DNA from: Microcoleaceae cyanobacterium
GTDB taxonomy: Bacteria > Cyanobacteriota > Cyanobacteriia > Cyanobacteriales > Microcoleaceae
DNA: 64,000 nucleotides
Reading direction: 5' to 3'
Assembly: GCA_051652765.1 (NCBI GenBank)
Contig: JBOFUV010000097.1
Location: 58,784 to 122,783 of the forward strand
Below, piece by piece: positions 1 through 10,382 of this stretch. Below the pieces are notes generated by a model. It did not search any database. It was not told the DNA's origin and worked only from the letters and a program-made list of their open reading frames with translations. The translations under genes were made by a program, and so were the position numbers. Position 1 is the stretch's first letter. Each line of letters begins with the position of its first letter.

Positions 1-406
1 GCAACTGTTGTTGGATCAGGCTCAAGCCAAAGCCTGTAGACAGTGGGAGACCTTTTCAACCTATTGCCTCAATTCGAGTCCTCAAGGTGCTCTTGCCTTG
101 ATCGTGGATGATGGTGTGGCAACGGGAATGACCATGGCTGTTGCCGTTGAGTCTTTGCGGGAAAAGCAGCCCGCAGAAATCTGGATTTGCGTTCCTGTTG
201 CTCCCTTGGAACTCGTTCAACCCTTGCAAAGCTGGTGCGATCGCCTCATTACTTTGAAAACTCCACGCATTTTTCTGAGTGTTGGTCGGTTTTATCAAGA
301 GTTTACTCAGGTGGAGATGGAGCAGGCGATTTTAATTCTGCAAAATCAACAGGAGTACTTCTGTGCCCCGGAGGAGGATCTCTCAAATGAGGCAGGGTTG
401 CTATAG
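1..406 (+). CDS. Phosphoribosyltransferase family protein (5' truncated by window edge)
   Basis: PRPP-binding motif LIVDDGVATG and VGRFYQEFTQV tail; frame is open to the window start. Confidence 0.85.
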   Translation, partial: QLLLDQAQAKACRQWETFSTYCLNSSPQGALALIVDDGVATGMTMAVAVESLREKQPAEIWICVPVAPLELVQPLQSWCDRLITLKTPRIFLSVGRFYQEFTQVEMEQAILILQNQQEYFCAPEEDLSNEAGLL

Positions 407-439
407 TGTGTACAGAAATTTCAATCTTTCTTTCTGCCG

Positions 440-754
440 ATGAGATTGTGGCGCGTTTGGTGGCAAACTCTCGTTTATTCAGCCCAGTACAATCCTCCTC
501 AGTTTATTGAGTTCGTTATGTTGATACTGGCCCTTGTTTTGCTCTCCTTGTGGGGAGTGACGGGGCATTGGGTTTGTCTGGTTTTATGTCTTAGCTATGC
601 AGCGGGTTCCTCGATGGCCATGTTAGTTCGAGAAGCTGTCCTCCCTTCTGCCCGGTTTCAACCTGCTCAGGCTATTGCAGTGCTTTTGCTAATCGTGAGT
701 CTCTACACCTTGGCGGAGCTAGTCTTGCAACCGTTCCCTTTCATCTCTAGATAG
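440..754 (+). CDS. Small hypothetical membrane protein
   Basis: 104 aa with about 3 hydrophobic segments, co-oriented between genes. Confidence 0.6.
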   Translation: MRLWRVWWQTLVYSAQYNPPQFIEFVMLILALVLLSLWGVTGHWVCLVLCLSYAAGSSMAMLVREAVLPSARFQPAQAIAVLLLIVSLYTLAELVLQPFPFISR

Positions 755-855
755 GAAGAGCCAGTCCACTGACATCGGCAAGAGGACTAGAAAAAACTCT
801 TTCAGGTTATCCTGCGAAAAGACAGTTTTCACATCGTATAACTTGTTACCCACTC

Positions 856-1536
856 ATGGACAGTGATAAGACTCTTTTTCAACTTCAACAGATTGTGGCT
901 GAAGCCAAAGCGTACCCACCGAATAGCGTGGAGCGTCGTCAAAAGCTAAATCAGATTATTCGGCTAGTCATGGGTTCTAAGAAGCTTTGGAGAGAATCCT
1001 CGGATTACTACAACGATGCCTTGCAGGAGATGTGGGAGTATTGCTGTCAGCATATTGAAGACTATGATCCTGACCGGAGTAACGTCATTACCTGGCTAGA
1101 TTGGCATCTGAAAAAGCGGTTGAGGGCTTTACGCGATCGCCGCTATCGGGATTATAGTCGGCAAGCCTCTCCTTTGATTTTTGATGAGAGCTTTCTAGAC
1201 CCCTTGGAACAGGTTCCAGCCGCCTCTGAGGTTCAGCCTATTTTAGAAATTTGGGAAAAAACCATAGAGTGGGTTCAAGCAGATCCTCAAAGCAACCTTT
1301 ATCGTACTTGTTTTAGAAACTGTTCAGACATTAATTGTCAAGCGCTTTTTCTCAAACGATTTCCCCATGAAACCCCTTGGAATGTTATTGCCGCTGAGTT
1401 TAGCCTGGATTCAGCAGCGACTAAAGATTTGCCTAAGTTTTACAACCGTAAGTGCTTGCCTTTGCTCCGAGATTTTGGCCTATCCCAAGGGTACTTAGAT
1501 TCTTCCCAACCTAAAAATCCAAGGAAATCATCATAA
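856..1536 (+). CDS. Divergent sigma-70-like protein of the cyanobacterial DUF1822-associated type
   Basis: Region-2-like YNDALQEMWEY..YDPDRSNVITWL; HTH-like C-terminus (TPWNVIAAEF..FYNRKCLPLLR); TAATG overlap with next gene. Confidence 0.7.
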   Translation: MDSDKTLFQLQQIVAEAKAYPPNSVERRQKLNQIIRLVMGSKKLWRESSDYYNDALQEMWEYCCQHIEDYDPDRSNVITWLDWHLKKRLRALRDRRYRDYSRQASPLIFDESFLDPLEQVPAASEVQPILEIWEKTIEWVQADPQSNLYRTCFRNCSDINCQALFLKRFPHETPWNVIAAEFSLDSAATKDLPKFYNRKCLPLLRDFGLSQGYLDSSQPKNPRKSS

Positions 1537-2786
1537 TGCTGTTTAGCTCAACTCCGTGCGATTTTGCGATTCCCCTAGCTATCCCGTCTCAAGCGCGGGA
1601 ACTTGCGGCACAATTTGCAGCCCAATCTCCTGATGCAACAAAAGCAGAGCAGATTTATCAAAATACTTTGGCTGTTTGCTTAGTCAATAACTACTTCCGT
1701 ATTTTGGGGATTCCTGTAGACGTTCAGGCTGGGGATAGCTGGAACCCAGCGGTCTATCTATTTCATGATGTTGCCGATCTGGTACTGCCTCAGCGGGGTC
1801 GGTTGGACTGTTGTCCCTTGTTGGTCTCAGCGACCACACCTCAACCGAACCGATGTCGAGTTTCCCCAGATCTTCAAGGGGATCGCTTGGGGTATGTGGT
1901 TGTTCAGATTGATCTGAAGGCTCAGGAAGCTGCGTTACTGGGGTTTGCACCTGTTGTTGCCGGAGAATGGTTGTCCTTGCAGGAATTGCGATCGCCGGAT
2001 GAGTTAATTGCCCATGTGATGGGCACTGCTCCAAGCCCTGAGGTAAATTTGCGCCAATGGCTACAAAATAGTGTCAATGAAGGATGGGAGCGTTTAGAAA
2101 AAGTTATTTTAGAAAAGATTATTTTAGAAAAGATTATTGCAGAAAATCTTCTAGACAATCTTTCTGAAAATCTTTCCGCAAATATTGTAGACCTGCCTCA
2201 ACTCATCCCCGTCCGCAGTGTTGCTGTCGAAAACCCGGTTTCACTGACCCAAGACTCCGTGGCTTCTGTGATTCGATTGCTCCAGCCTGATCAATCGGAG
2301 GAGGCTCGTCTTCAAGCCACAGAAATTCTGGGTAAAATTGGCAAGGGCGATTTTGCAGCCGTTCAGGCTTTGAGTCAGGTGATGCAAACGGCTGAAACAG
2401 AAGATCTGCGTTGGCAAGCGGCCATTAGCTTGGGCACTCTAGACCCTTGCCATCCTCAAGCCGGACTGCAACGGACAATTCGTCTGCCCTTGGGTCAAGA
2501 ACAGGTATTACTCGTCGTTACTGTCATTCCTAAGCCAGAGAACCGGCTGGGAGTCTGGCTTCAAGTTGAATCCCGTAATCCTCAGCAGCTCTTGCCTCCT
2601 GGTTTAACGCTGAGAGTGCTTGCTACCACTGGAGAAACCTACCTGCAGATTGAGGCGGAAGCAGACAGCCACGGTCGGGGAGTGAATTCAGTGATTGGAC
2701 GGCGGTTTTCCCCTCCGGTAGGAACTCATTTTCAGGTGCAAGTTCAGCTTGGAAATCACCAGTTTCAAGCTGGTTTTTTTGCATAA
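1536..2786 (+). CDS. DUF1822-family protein with internal HEAT-like repeats
   Basis: IYQNTLAV..ADLVLP..GRLDC..DRLGYVVVQI..LLGF, VNLRQWLQN; EEARLQATEILG / EDLRWQAAISLG; C-terminal LPPGLTL beta domain. Confidence 0.75.
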   Translation: MLFSSTPCDFAIPLAIPSQARELAAQFAAQSPDATKAEQIYQNTLAVCLVNNYFRILGIPVDVQAGDSWNPAVYLFHDVADLVLPQRGRLDCCPLLVSATTPQPNRCRVSPDLQGDRLGYVVVQIDLKAQEAALLGFAPVVAGEWLSLQELRSPDELIAHVMGTAPSPEVNLRQWLQNSVNEGWERLEKVILEKIILEKIIAENLLDNLSENLSANIVDLPQLIPVRSVAVENPVSLTQDSVASVIRLLQPDQSEEARLQATEILGKIGKGDFAAVQALSQVMQTAETEDLRWQAAISLGTLDPCHPQAGLQRTIRLPLGQEQVLLVVTVIPKPENRLGVWLQVESRNPQQLLPPGLTLRVLATTGETYLQIEAEADSHGRGVNSVIGRRFSPPVGTHFQVQVQLGNHQFQAGFFA

Positions 2787-2889
2787 CGAGTAGACTGAAC
2801 CTATCAATATGGCCGTAAAGGAAGAAGAGCTAGGGCACTATACCCTAGCTGCTTCGGCTCAAGTTTCCTAGGATTTCCCTGGGATTTCC

Positions 2890-3417
2890 TTAAGAATTAA
2901 ACAGCGTTCTAATAGTTTCTACCCGTCGGCGATTTACACCCAGATCAGAGTCTCCCAATCGAGAGGCAGAGCGGACTTGAATCACACCCTTCGCTTCATC
3001 AATGTAAAACTCCACATCATCTACAAAGCCAAAGATAGGAATTGTAAATTCTGCATAGAGATAGTGGTCGTCGGCGGTCACTATTCTGGCATTGTCAAAG
3101 GTCTCTAGCACCATTTTCAGCTTATCCAATGCCTCTGATGCCGACTGTTCGTAGGTCAAGGCCGCAATTTCATGGGTTGGATCATCTGTGCTCTGACTAG
3201 AAACACAGTTCGGCGAACTTGGGCATGGAGCCAGCCGTTCATCCTGAAACCCCAAATTGCTAGGGGCAGTGCCTGGGAATGAGAGCAGGGTTGCGATCGC
3301 CTTGGGCTGAGAGGGCTGGGCAAATGCAGGAGTTGCGATTCCCCAAGAACCGATCAAAATCAGCCCGAAAATGGCCATCATGACCGCGCGATATCTCAAC
3401 TTAACTTTGGTAAACAT
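2890..3417 (-). CDS. DUF1499 domain protein (exported)
   Basis: LAPCPSSPNCVSSQ, FGFVDDVEF, RSASRLGDSDLGVNRRR; signal-peptide-like N-terminus. Confidence 0.9.
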   Translation of the reverse strand: MFTKVKLRYRAVMMAIFGLILIGSWGIATPAFAQPSQPKAIATLLSFPGTAPSNLGFQDERLAPCPSSPNCVSSQSTDDPTHEIAALTYEQSASEALDKLKMVLETFDNARIVTADDHYLYAEFTIPIFGFVDDVEFYIDEAKGVIQVRSASRLGDSDLGVNRRRVETIRTLFNS

Positions 3418-3575
3418 ACTGAAATTATCCTTATTACGTCCGTCAAAATCGAGAAGCTAGGAAGTTCAATCTCTAAAGGATTTAACCTTAGGATTTAACC
3501 TTAGCGTAAATGCCCTGCCGCCATTTCCTAGTATGATTAAAACAATAGAGCAAAGTCAATCGTAAACGGGGATCT

Positions 3576-4052
3576 ATGCCAAAAACTGTTGCTGATGTAA
3601 TGACTCCTAACCCCATCGTAGCCCAACCTGATATGCCATTGAAGCAGGCAATTCAAGTCCTCGCCGAAAACCGAATTAGTGGTTTACCGGTCGTGGATGA
3701 AGCAGGTAAATTGCTAGGAATGATTTTAGAAACAGACATTATTTGGCAAGAAAGTGGAATTACTCCCCCTGCCTATATCACAATTCTAGACAGTATTATC
3801 TACTTAGAAAATCCGGCTCGCTACGAACAAGAACTCCATAAAGCTCTAGGAACAACGGTTGATGAGGTGATGACCAAGAAAGGAGTCGTTACTGTTGCCC
3901 CCAACTGCCTTCTATCAGAAGCAGCACGGTTAATGCATGAAAAACGGGTTCATCAGCTTTCGGTTTTGGATGAAGCTGGAAAAGTTGTCGGAATTTTGTC
4001 CTGTGGGGACATTATTCAGGCTATGGCTCTGGCCGGGGGCAACCAGGTTTAA
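3576..4052 (+). CDS. CBS domain protein
   Basis: TVADVMT..ISGLPVVDEAGKLLG and a second CBS repeat; precedes nblB-like gene. Confidence 0.9.
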   Translation: MPKTVADVMTPNPIVAQPDMPLKQAIQVLAENRISGLPVVDEAGKLLGMILETDIIWQESGITPPAYITILDSIIYLENPARYEQELHKALGTTVDEVMTKKGVVTVAPNCLLSEAARLMHEKRVHQLSVLDEAGKVVGILSCGDIIQAMALAGGNQV

Positions 4053-4181
4053 TTGGGGTGGGTTTTAGGGTTAGACCATCAGGTGCCAACAGGAGGTGTC
4101 AACTTAAGGTGTCAACTTAAGATGCCAACTCCTGTTAAATCAGGACTTTAGATGTTGTACTTTTAGAGTTTAATTTTTTAT

Positions 4182-4850
4182 ATGACTGTTACTCCAGAAA
4201 CGATTCAACACTGGTTGAGTTCAGAGGATTTGGGCGATCGCTTGCGGGCCGTAAACCAGATGCGAAACTTAGATCCGACCATTGCATTTCAATTGATTCA
4301 GACTGCTGTGATGGATTCTGACACCCGCGTTCGTTATGCAGCGGTCAGTCAGTTGTCCAGTTTGGGACAACAGGATCGGTCTCGCTCCTTGGAAATCCTG
4401 CGCGATCGCATTCAAAATGATTCAGAACCAGATGTGCAGGCTGCTGCTGCCGATGCCATTGGCGGTTTGCACCTTGCAGAAGCCTTCGAGGATCTACAGA
4501 CCCTCTACCACCACACCCCAGAATGGCTGGTCAAAGTCAGCATTGTTGCTGCACTGGGAGAACTGGGAGCACCTCAGGGATTTGAACTGTTAGCCGATGC
4601 CCTCGCGAATGGAAATGAATTACTCCAAACGGTCGCCATCGGGGCATTAGGAGAGTTGGGCGATGCACAAGCAGTCCCTTTACTGATTACCCACATTGCT
4701 AACCCGGATTGGCAAATTCGCTATCGGATTGCTCAAGCCCTAACTCGATTAGGGGGCACAGAGGCGAATGCTGCCCTGAAACAATTGGCCGAGGATGAGA
4801 CTGCACAAGTTGCTGAATCGGCAAAATTAGGCTTAGTTGATCAGAGTTAG
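4182..4850 (+). CDS. nblB: HEAT-repeat phycobilisome degradation protein NblB-like
   Basis: LSSEDLGDRLRAVNQMR, RVRYAAVSQL, DWQIRYRIAQAL HEAT repeats. Confidence 0.75.
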   Translation: MTVTPETIQHWLSSEDLGDRLRAVNQMRNLDPTIAFQLIQTAVMDSDTRVRYAAVSQLSSLGQQDRSRSLEILRDRIQNDSEPDVQAAAADAIGGLHLAEAFEDLQTLYHHTPEWLVKVSIVAALGELGAPQGFELLADALANGNELLQTVAIGALGELGDAQAVPLLITHIANPDWQIRYRIAQALTRLGGTEANAALKQLAEDETAQVAESAKLGLVDQS

Positions 4851-4882
4851 GGTTCCTGGCGCTAAATCTATACTGAATCAAT

Positions 4883-5356
4883 CTATTGGATCAAAAAATT
4901 ATCAAAAGCAGTTTTGAGATTCTCAGGTAGCCGACGCATCACTTTTCCTGTTGCTCGATCGACTGGAACGAGAGTAATTTGAGCGGTGACATATCGGACT
5001 TGCCGATCGATAGACTTAATTTGATAGTCCCATAGCAGCCGAATCTTAGAGGGTTGCAGCAGCCTTGCCCGCACAACGGCATCCATGCCCATTTTGATGG
5101 ATTGATGGTAACGAATATTAGCATCGACCACAGGTAAGTCACAGCCAGCAGTCACCAAATCCCTGTAGTCAATACCGGCCAGTCGCAATCCTTCAACTCG
5201 GGCTTCTTCCATCCAGTTGAGATAGGTGCCATGCCAGACAATGCCCGCATAGTCCGTGTGATGGGGAAAGGCATGAATAGGGTATTCAAACCATCCATTC
5301 GTAAAGTTAATTTTTTGGAAAAAAGACTGGGCAACTCTAAATTGAGAATCAGACAC
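4883..5356 (-). CDS. Acyl-CoA thioesterase (YbgC/4HBT hotdog family)
   Basis: HTDYAGIVWHGTYLNWMEEAR motif. Confidence 0.9.
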   Translation of the reverse strand: MSDSQFRVAQSFFQKINFTNGWFEYPIHAFPHHTDYAGIVWHGTYLNWMEEARVEGLRLAGIDYRDLVTAGCDLPVVDANIRYHQSIKMGMDAVVRARLLQPSKIRLLWDYQIKSIDRQVRYVTAQITLVPVDRATGKVMRRLPENLKTAFDNFLIQ

Positions 5357-5518
5357 GTTACAAATTGTTCCAAAATACTAGGGCGCTATGATGATTCATC
5401 CCCTATCAGATCTATGCTTAAAACTACAATAAATCTGGCTGATTGATTGAGTTGATTGAGTGAGCTAATTTAATCAAATTTTTGCTAAGTGTTTCCATTT
5501 TCATGCTAGGAAGAGCCC

Positions 5519-6376
5519 ATGGATATTAACAATATTTTGGTTGCCGTTGCAGGTCGGGGATTGTGCGAGGAAATGCTGAATATGCTGATGGATATCCCGC
5601 CGTTTAAACTCGCCAATGTAACGGTGTTGCATGTTGTTCCTCCTCAAGCCTCGGCAGAGGCGATGTCACAGAAACTTGAAGACGGGGGGAAAATTCTGGC
5701 CCAAGCCGTTCAATCTATTCACGTTGACCCCAACAAACTAAACCCCCGCCTCAAGCAGGGAGATCCAAAAGATATCGTCTGTCAGGTGGCGGAAGAAGAA
5801 AATTCCGATCTGATCATCATTGGTTCACGGGGACTACAAGGGTTGCGGGCAATTTTGGAAAATTCCGTCAGCCAGTATGTATTTCAGTTAACCAGTCGCC
5901 CCATGTTGCTGGTCAAAGATGGGCTGTATGTCAAAAAGTTACGGCACATAATGGTTGCTCTTGATCCCTCTGAATCCGCAACCGAGTGTTTGCGGGTTGC
6001 ACTCTCTTGGGCCAAACAGGTTCCTGGCGGCCAGTTAATCCTAGCCCATGTCAATAAGGATCTAAGCGGAAAGTCCGATGAAGACTTTTCAGCGAATGCC
6101 GAAAATGATCCAATTTTAGCTGCTGCGGCAGCCGAAGCTAAGCGTCAAGGAGTTAATTATCGCTGTGTTGCAGGAACCGGCAAACCCGGCCCTGAGATTT
6201 GTAAAATTGCTGAAGAGGTGAATGCTGATTTATTAATCTTAGGTTCACCCGATCGTCGCCCAACTGTGGCCAAGACTATCGTTGATATTGATCGCTTAGT
6301 GGGGGGGTCGTTGTCTGACTATGTGCGGGTTCATGCCAACTGCCCTGTGCTCCTCGCTCGAACTGCAGAAGCCTGA
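5519..6376 (+). CDS. Tandem-domain universal stress protein
   Basis: Two USP domains: GDPKDIVC..DLIIIGSRG and GKPGPEIC..DLLILGS..HANCPVLL. Confidence 0.92.
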   Translation: MDINNILVAVAGRGLCEEMLNMLMDIPPFKLANVTVLHVVPPQASAEAMSQKLEDGGKILAQAVQSIHVDPNKLNPRLKQGDPKDIVCQVAEEENSDLIIIGSRGLQGLRAILENSVSQYVFQLTSRPMLLVKDGLYVKKLRHIMVALDPSESATECLRVALSWAKQVPGGQLILAHVNKDLSGKSDEDFSANAENDPILAAAAAEAKRQGVNYRCVAGTGKPGPEICKIAEEVNADLLILGSPDRRPTVAKTIVDIDRLVGGSLSDYVRVHANCPVLLARTAEA

Positions 6377-6565
6377 ACGCAATTAATGTGATCATCACCT
6401 GAACTTGCTCCAGCGGTTTTTCAATCAGTGAGGGACATCCTAGCCATTCAAGTCCTCCTGTTTGAATTTAAAGGGGATTTAGGGCGATCGCTAGACAGCT
6501 GTAGATTACTCCAAGATTAAGTTAACCAAGATTAAGTTAACTGAAATAAGTTAACCAAAATAAAC

Positions 6566-6604
6566 TAAAAAGCACCGAGGAATAAATTACTTTCGGTGCT
6601 TCTC
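6566..6604. terminator. Intrinsic terminator hairpin between convergent usp and psbM
   Basis: aaaagcaccga..tcggtgctttct inverted repeat; A-run gives a U-tail on the minus strand. Confidence 0.65.
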
Positions 6605-6640
6605 AATTGACTTGGAAACAATCTGAAGGCTTCCAACTTA

Positions 6641-6748
6641 TTAACCTTCGGTCTCTTTACGAGTTTGCAAATATAGAATAATCAAAAAAACCGCTGGAAC
6701 AAGTACAAACAGAAGGCTGGCTACAAATCCAAGATCATTAACTTGCAT
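6641..6748 (-). CDS. psbM: Photosystem II reaction center protein M
   Basis: Manual translation [35 protein letters not shown] (35 aa); below the ORF-track cut-off. Confidence 0.95.
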   Translation of the reverse strand: MQVNDLGFVASLLFVLVPAVFLIILYLQTRKETEG

Positions 6749-6855
6749 AATTCCCCACTTTTTTAATCACTGAACCTTTTATTCACTAGCATATCATTAA
6801 TCAGCAATCTAATCGCATAACCAATTATTAATCTTAAACCCTGAAAGTAGCTGAT

Positions 6856-7752
6856 TTATGCTTCGCGACTATTGCCTCTCGTTGAATTCTTTTCCAAAAA
6901 TTCAATGATTTTACTGGGTACATCGACTTCTGTTGCTTTCTCAATTCCTTCTAACCCAGGGGAGGAGTTGACCTCCATTACCACAGGCCCATGATTGGAA
7001 CGAAGCAGGTCAACGCCCGCAACCTTTAAGCCCATGATTTTGGCCGCTCGAATCGCAGTCAAACGCTCCTCGGGAGTCAGTTTCACTTTCTCTGCCTTGC
7101 CGCCCCGATGTAAATTAGAGCGAAACTCTCCTTCAACCGCTTGCCGTTTCATCGCCGCTACAACCCTCTCTCCAATCACAAAACAACGAATATCAGCTCC
7201 TCCCGCTTCCTTGATATATTCCTGCACCAAAATATTAGCATTGAGTCCCCGAAAAGCTTCAATAACAGACTTTGCAGCTTGGTAGGTTTCAGCTAAAACC
7301 ACGCCGATTCCCTGGGTTCCTTCTAGCAATTTGATCACGAGAGGAGCCCCGCCAACAATATTAATCAGCCCATCAATATCCTTGGTTGAATGGGCAAAAC
7401 CCGTTACCGGTAGACCAATTCCTTCTCTGGCGAGCAACTGTAAGCACCGCAATTTGTCTCGCGATCGCGAGATCGCTTGGGACTCATTGGGGGTAAACAC
7501 TCCCATCATCTCAAACTGTCGCACCACGGCTGTTCCATAAAATGTTTGAGAAGCACCAATTCGAGGAATAATTGCATCAAATCCTTCCAGAGGTTGTCCA
7601 CCGTAGATCACCATTGGCTTATGGGAAGTGATATTCATGTAGCAGCGCACATAGTCAATCACATACATTTCATGACCCCGCTGTTCTCCAGCTTCTCTGA
7701 GCCGCCGTGTCGAATACAGGGTGGAATCTTGAGATAAGATCGCAATCTTCAT
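6856..7752 (-). CDS. rimK: Ribosomal protein S6 glutamate ligase RimK (ATP-grasp)
   Basis: [46 protein letters not shown]. Confidence 0.95.
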   Translation of the reverse strand: MKIAILSQDSTLYSTRRLREAGEQRGHEMYVIDYVRCYMNITSHKPMVIYGGQPLEGFDAIIPRIGASQTFYGTAVVRQFEMMGVFTPNESQAISRSRDKLRCLQLLAREGIGLPVTGFAHSTKDIDGLINIVGGAPLVIKLLEGTQGIGVVLAETYQAAKSVIEAFRGLNANILVQEYIKEAGGADIRCFVIGERVVAAMKRQAVEGEFRSNLHRGGKAEKVKLTPEERLTAIRAAKIMGLKVAGVDLLRSNHGPVVMEVNSSPGLEGIEKATEVDVPSKIIEFLEKNSTRGNSREA

Positions 7753-7805
7753 AATCTTCTGTCATGTTAGTATCACGCTCCTGCTGCAATTGCGGCTGAC
7801 TAAAC

Positions 7806-7844
7806 TCCAACTGAATCTGGATCAACTAGCCAGATTCAGTTGGA
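7806..7844. repeat. Perfect 15-bp inverted repeat (possible terminator or stabiliser hairpin)
   Basis: tccaactgaatctgg-N9-ccagattcagttgga. Confidence 0.75.
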
Positions 7845-7944
7845 CATGCGCTCAAGCAGGCTACATTCGCTAGAGTGGAAGGTTCAAAGAGACCGTACCC
7901 CTAGACCATCGTGCTTATTGTATCTTGTCGCGTCGAAATCCTCT

Positions 7945-8682
7945 TTATCCCTTCCGTCTTGCCCAAGCTGTTGACTTCCAAAACAGAAAAAACAGGACTG
8001 CCGCAATCAGAGCCCCTAAATTCCATTTCACAGAATTTTTGGCAAGGGTAACCCGACGATTTTTCCGAATCTCTTCTGCTTGAATGATGGTTGACTTGTC
8101 AGCGCGATCGAGGAAGGTTGTGAGCTGATCCTTTACTTCTTGAAGTTGCTCTGTCCCTTGAATGTCTGGGGAGCGACCTTGTAGACGACTGAGTAGGGTT
8201 TCTACCTGTTCTTCACTTTTGGCTTGTTCAAGCTGTTGTTGAATCGCTTGAACTTGGGTTTTTCGCTGATCCCGTTGTGTGTTGATCTGCTCACTACTTT
8301 GTTTCTCAATTCGAACTGTATTTAACACTCCTAAAGGTACTAACAGTAAAAACAAAATTGCTAAAAGCAATGTTAGCCAAGATAAGGTTTTGAGTAATGG
8401 AATTTCCCACTTTCCTCTGAGAGTTCGCTCTCCATAAAATATAAGCGCAAACCCAATTAAAGGAACGGCAACTCGCTCCACCAGAGCACCCATCGTTTGG
8501 AATTCCCAAATGGCATTGGTAAATTGAGGTGGAATGAGCAAAAAGACAGAATCAATTAGAGCAAAGATCAACAGACCATACCCCACCCAACGTAGAGGCG
8601 GAATGGTCTGAACCATGCTAGAGTTTAGCTTCCAAAGGACTTCAACTTTATCTGGCGAAAGATTACCGCTGGAGGGTGTCAT
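7945..8682 (-). CDS. HpsJ-like protein, cyanoexosortase A-associated
   Basis: WEFQTMGALVER, 3 TM + coiled coil + KNSVKWNLGAL; position in the exosortase cassette. Confidence 0.8.
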   Translation of the reverse strand: MTPSSGNLSPDKVEVLWKLNSSMVQTIPPLRWVGYGLLIFALIDSVFLLIPPQFTNAIWEFQTMGALVERVAVPLIGFALIFYGERTLRGKWEIPLLKTLSWLTLLLAILFLLLVPLGVLNTVRIEKQSSEQINTQRDQRKTQVQAIQQQLEQAKSEEQVETLLSRLQGRSPDIQGTEQLQEVKDQLTTFLDRADKSTIIQAEEIRKNRRVTLAKNSVKWNLGALIAAVLFFLFWKSTAWARRKG

Positions 8683-8728
8683 AGGTTTAATCCATTATTT
8701 TGAAAGATTAAAAAGTAAACAATCAAAC

Positions 8729-9385
8729 TTAAAGTTTGGGAAAACGAGGATGCCACCACAGATACCAAGAGCGCCAAACCTCTTCAAGAACTGCATAGGA
8801 TGAATCGGGGGAAGTTGAATCAATCGGAACCGACAAATAAACCCAGAGGCAGCGATGATCTCTCAGCGGCTCTTGACCCAATAAAACGGGCAAAAAACGA
8901 CTAGCTTTCAAGTCATAAGTATACCGGTTTTTAATAAACTGTTCGTAGGTAATTGCTGCTGGGCCACGGGGGTTGATGCAAGAGCGCAGGTAGGCCCGAT
9001 CTTTCTCCTGAGAAAGGCTATAGGAACCCAGATTTTGCTGTTGATGAATTGTTGTTCCTTTGTCTTTTGCATTCGGAGAAATCGTTGGATCGTACTCACG
9101 AAATAGCTTCTCATTATCATGGGGATGATCCACATAACGCAGCTCAATTTCTAAGTTCAGATCTCCCTGACGATACTGATACTGTGTGCCCAAAGGTTGA
9201 TTTAAAGCCTTGCTGTCTATAGATTGCCAGTTGGGTAATGGCACTGACATCGGTAGAACAACGGATTGAATTTCAACTTTTTCGGCAACTGGATTCAGTA
9301 TCACTTTTGCAAACGTGATGAAAACTCCACCAAAGGTTAGCACCAGCAAAGGAACGCGAATTGTCTTCCAGAGATCCACCACCAT
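8729..9385 (-). CDS. Cyanoexosortase A system-associated protein
   Basis: AYLRSCINPRG..DHRCLW..W..WW; 1-nt overlap with the exosortase gene. Confidence 0.85.
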   Translation of the reverse strand: MVVDLWKTIRVPLLVLTFGGVFITFAKVILNPVAEKVEIQSVVLPMSVPLPNWQSIDSKALNQPLGTQYQYRQGDLNLEIELRYVDHPHDNEKLFREYDPTISPNAKDKGTTIHQQQNLGSYSLSQEKDRAYLRSCINPRGPAAITYEQFIKNRYTYDLKASRFLPVLLGQEPLRDHRCLWVYLSVPIDSTSPDSSYAVLEEVWRSWYLWWHPRFPKL

Positions 9386-10251
9386 TAGACCTCTGCTGCT
9401 ACATCATCGCTATCCTCTTCAATATCACTTTGCCGCAAGAGAAACCAACAAAATAAACCAAAAATCCCAACTGAAATCAGCGAGAACATTAAAGAGCCAT
9501 CCCCTACATGCCAATACTCCAGCGATTCAGGGTTTTTAGCATTTGCAAAAAAGGCCATGAATGCAACCCGAAACCCATTCACAATGAACGCAGTAATCAC
9601 TGCAACAATCGGTACTAAAACCTTAGTCTTCCACCCCCTAAGGGGAAAGAATATTAAGAACAAAGCCCCCAAACCCAGTAAATGAAAAATTCCCTCAAAT
9701 CCAGAACATCCCATATTCACACTGACCCCTCCATTCGGCAGCAGCACTTCAAATCCGCGACGGGATACCTCAAAGCCAGAATACCAGAGAATAAAGGTCG
9801 ATAGCTGAGCCGTTAGCCCAGAAATATCTAACACAGGGCGCAGAACCACAAAAGGAACCCCTAGAAAAAATAAGAGGGTCAGTTCACGCCAATACTGCCT
9901 CAGTCCAATAAAGCCTGAAGCCAAAAGTGCCATTCCTAGACCTGAAATAAACGGGGAAACCCCTAAAAAGTTTGAAGTTGGCGAGAATGAACCCTTGAGT
10001 AATACGGCAGCAATCAGAGCTACCCCGAGTAAACTCGCAAAAAAATCACTGTCCAAGTCAAGGCGATCGCGCTTTTGCCAGATCAGAGCTGCAACTGCAA
10101 ACCAAAACAGCAAACTCAAAGCCTGTAGATTAAGACTAGCATGATGCAGAGTGAGGGTGAGATTAACTGCCATCAACCCAGCCGCAATGCCCAACAGCCA
10201 GAATTTTGAGGTTTTCAGAGCCCGAATTGAGGGAACATTTGTTGCTGTCAT
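9385..10251 (-). CDS. crtA: Cyanoexosortase A
   Basis: Multi-TM with Cys/Arg/His exosortase triad: GCSG, NGFRV, EYWHVGDGS. Confidence 0.88.
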   Translation of the reverse strand: MTATNVPSIRALKTSKFWLLGIAAGLMAVNLTLTLHHASLNLQALSLLFWFAVAALIWQKRDRLDLDSDFFASLLGVALIAAVLLKGSFSPTSNFLGVSPFISGLGMALLASGFIGLRQYWRELTLLFFLGVPFVVLRPVLDISGLTAQLSTFILWYSGFEVSRRGFEVLLPNGGVSVNMGCSGFEGIFHLLGLGALFLIFFPLRGWKTKVLVPIVAVITAFIVNGFRVAFMAFFANAKNPESLEYWHVGDGSLMFSLISVGIFGLFCWFLLRQSDIEEDSDDVAAEV

Positions 10252-10382
10252 TGTCTTAGTTTAGAAGAGGGTAGAACACCTGACTGGTCGATTTTAACCT
10301 GATTGAAACGAAACGATGACAAGCAATACGGCAAGGATCAACGTCACCCCCTGTCACAAGCATCCACTCTTGAGAGTTAACG

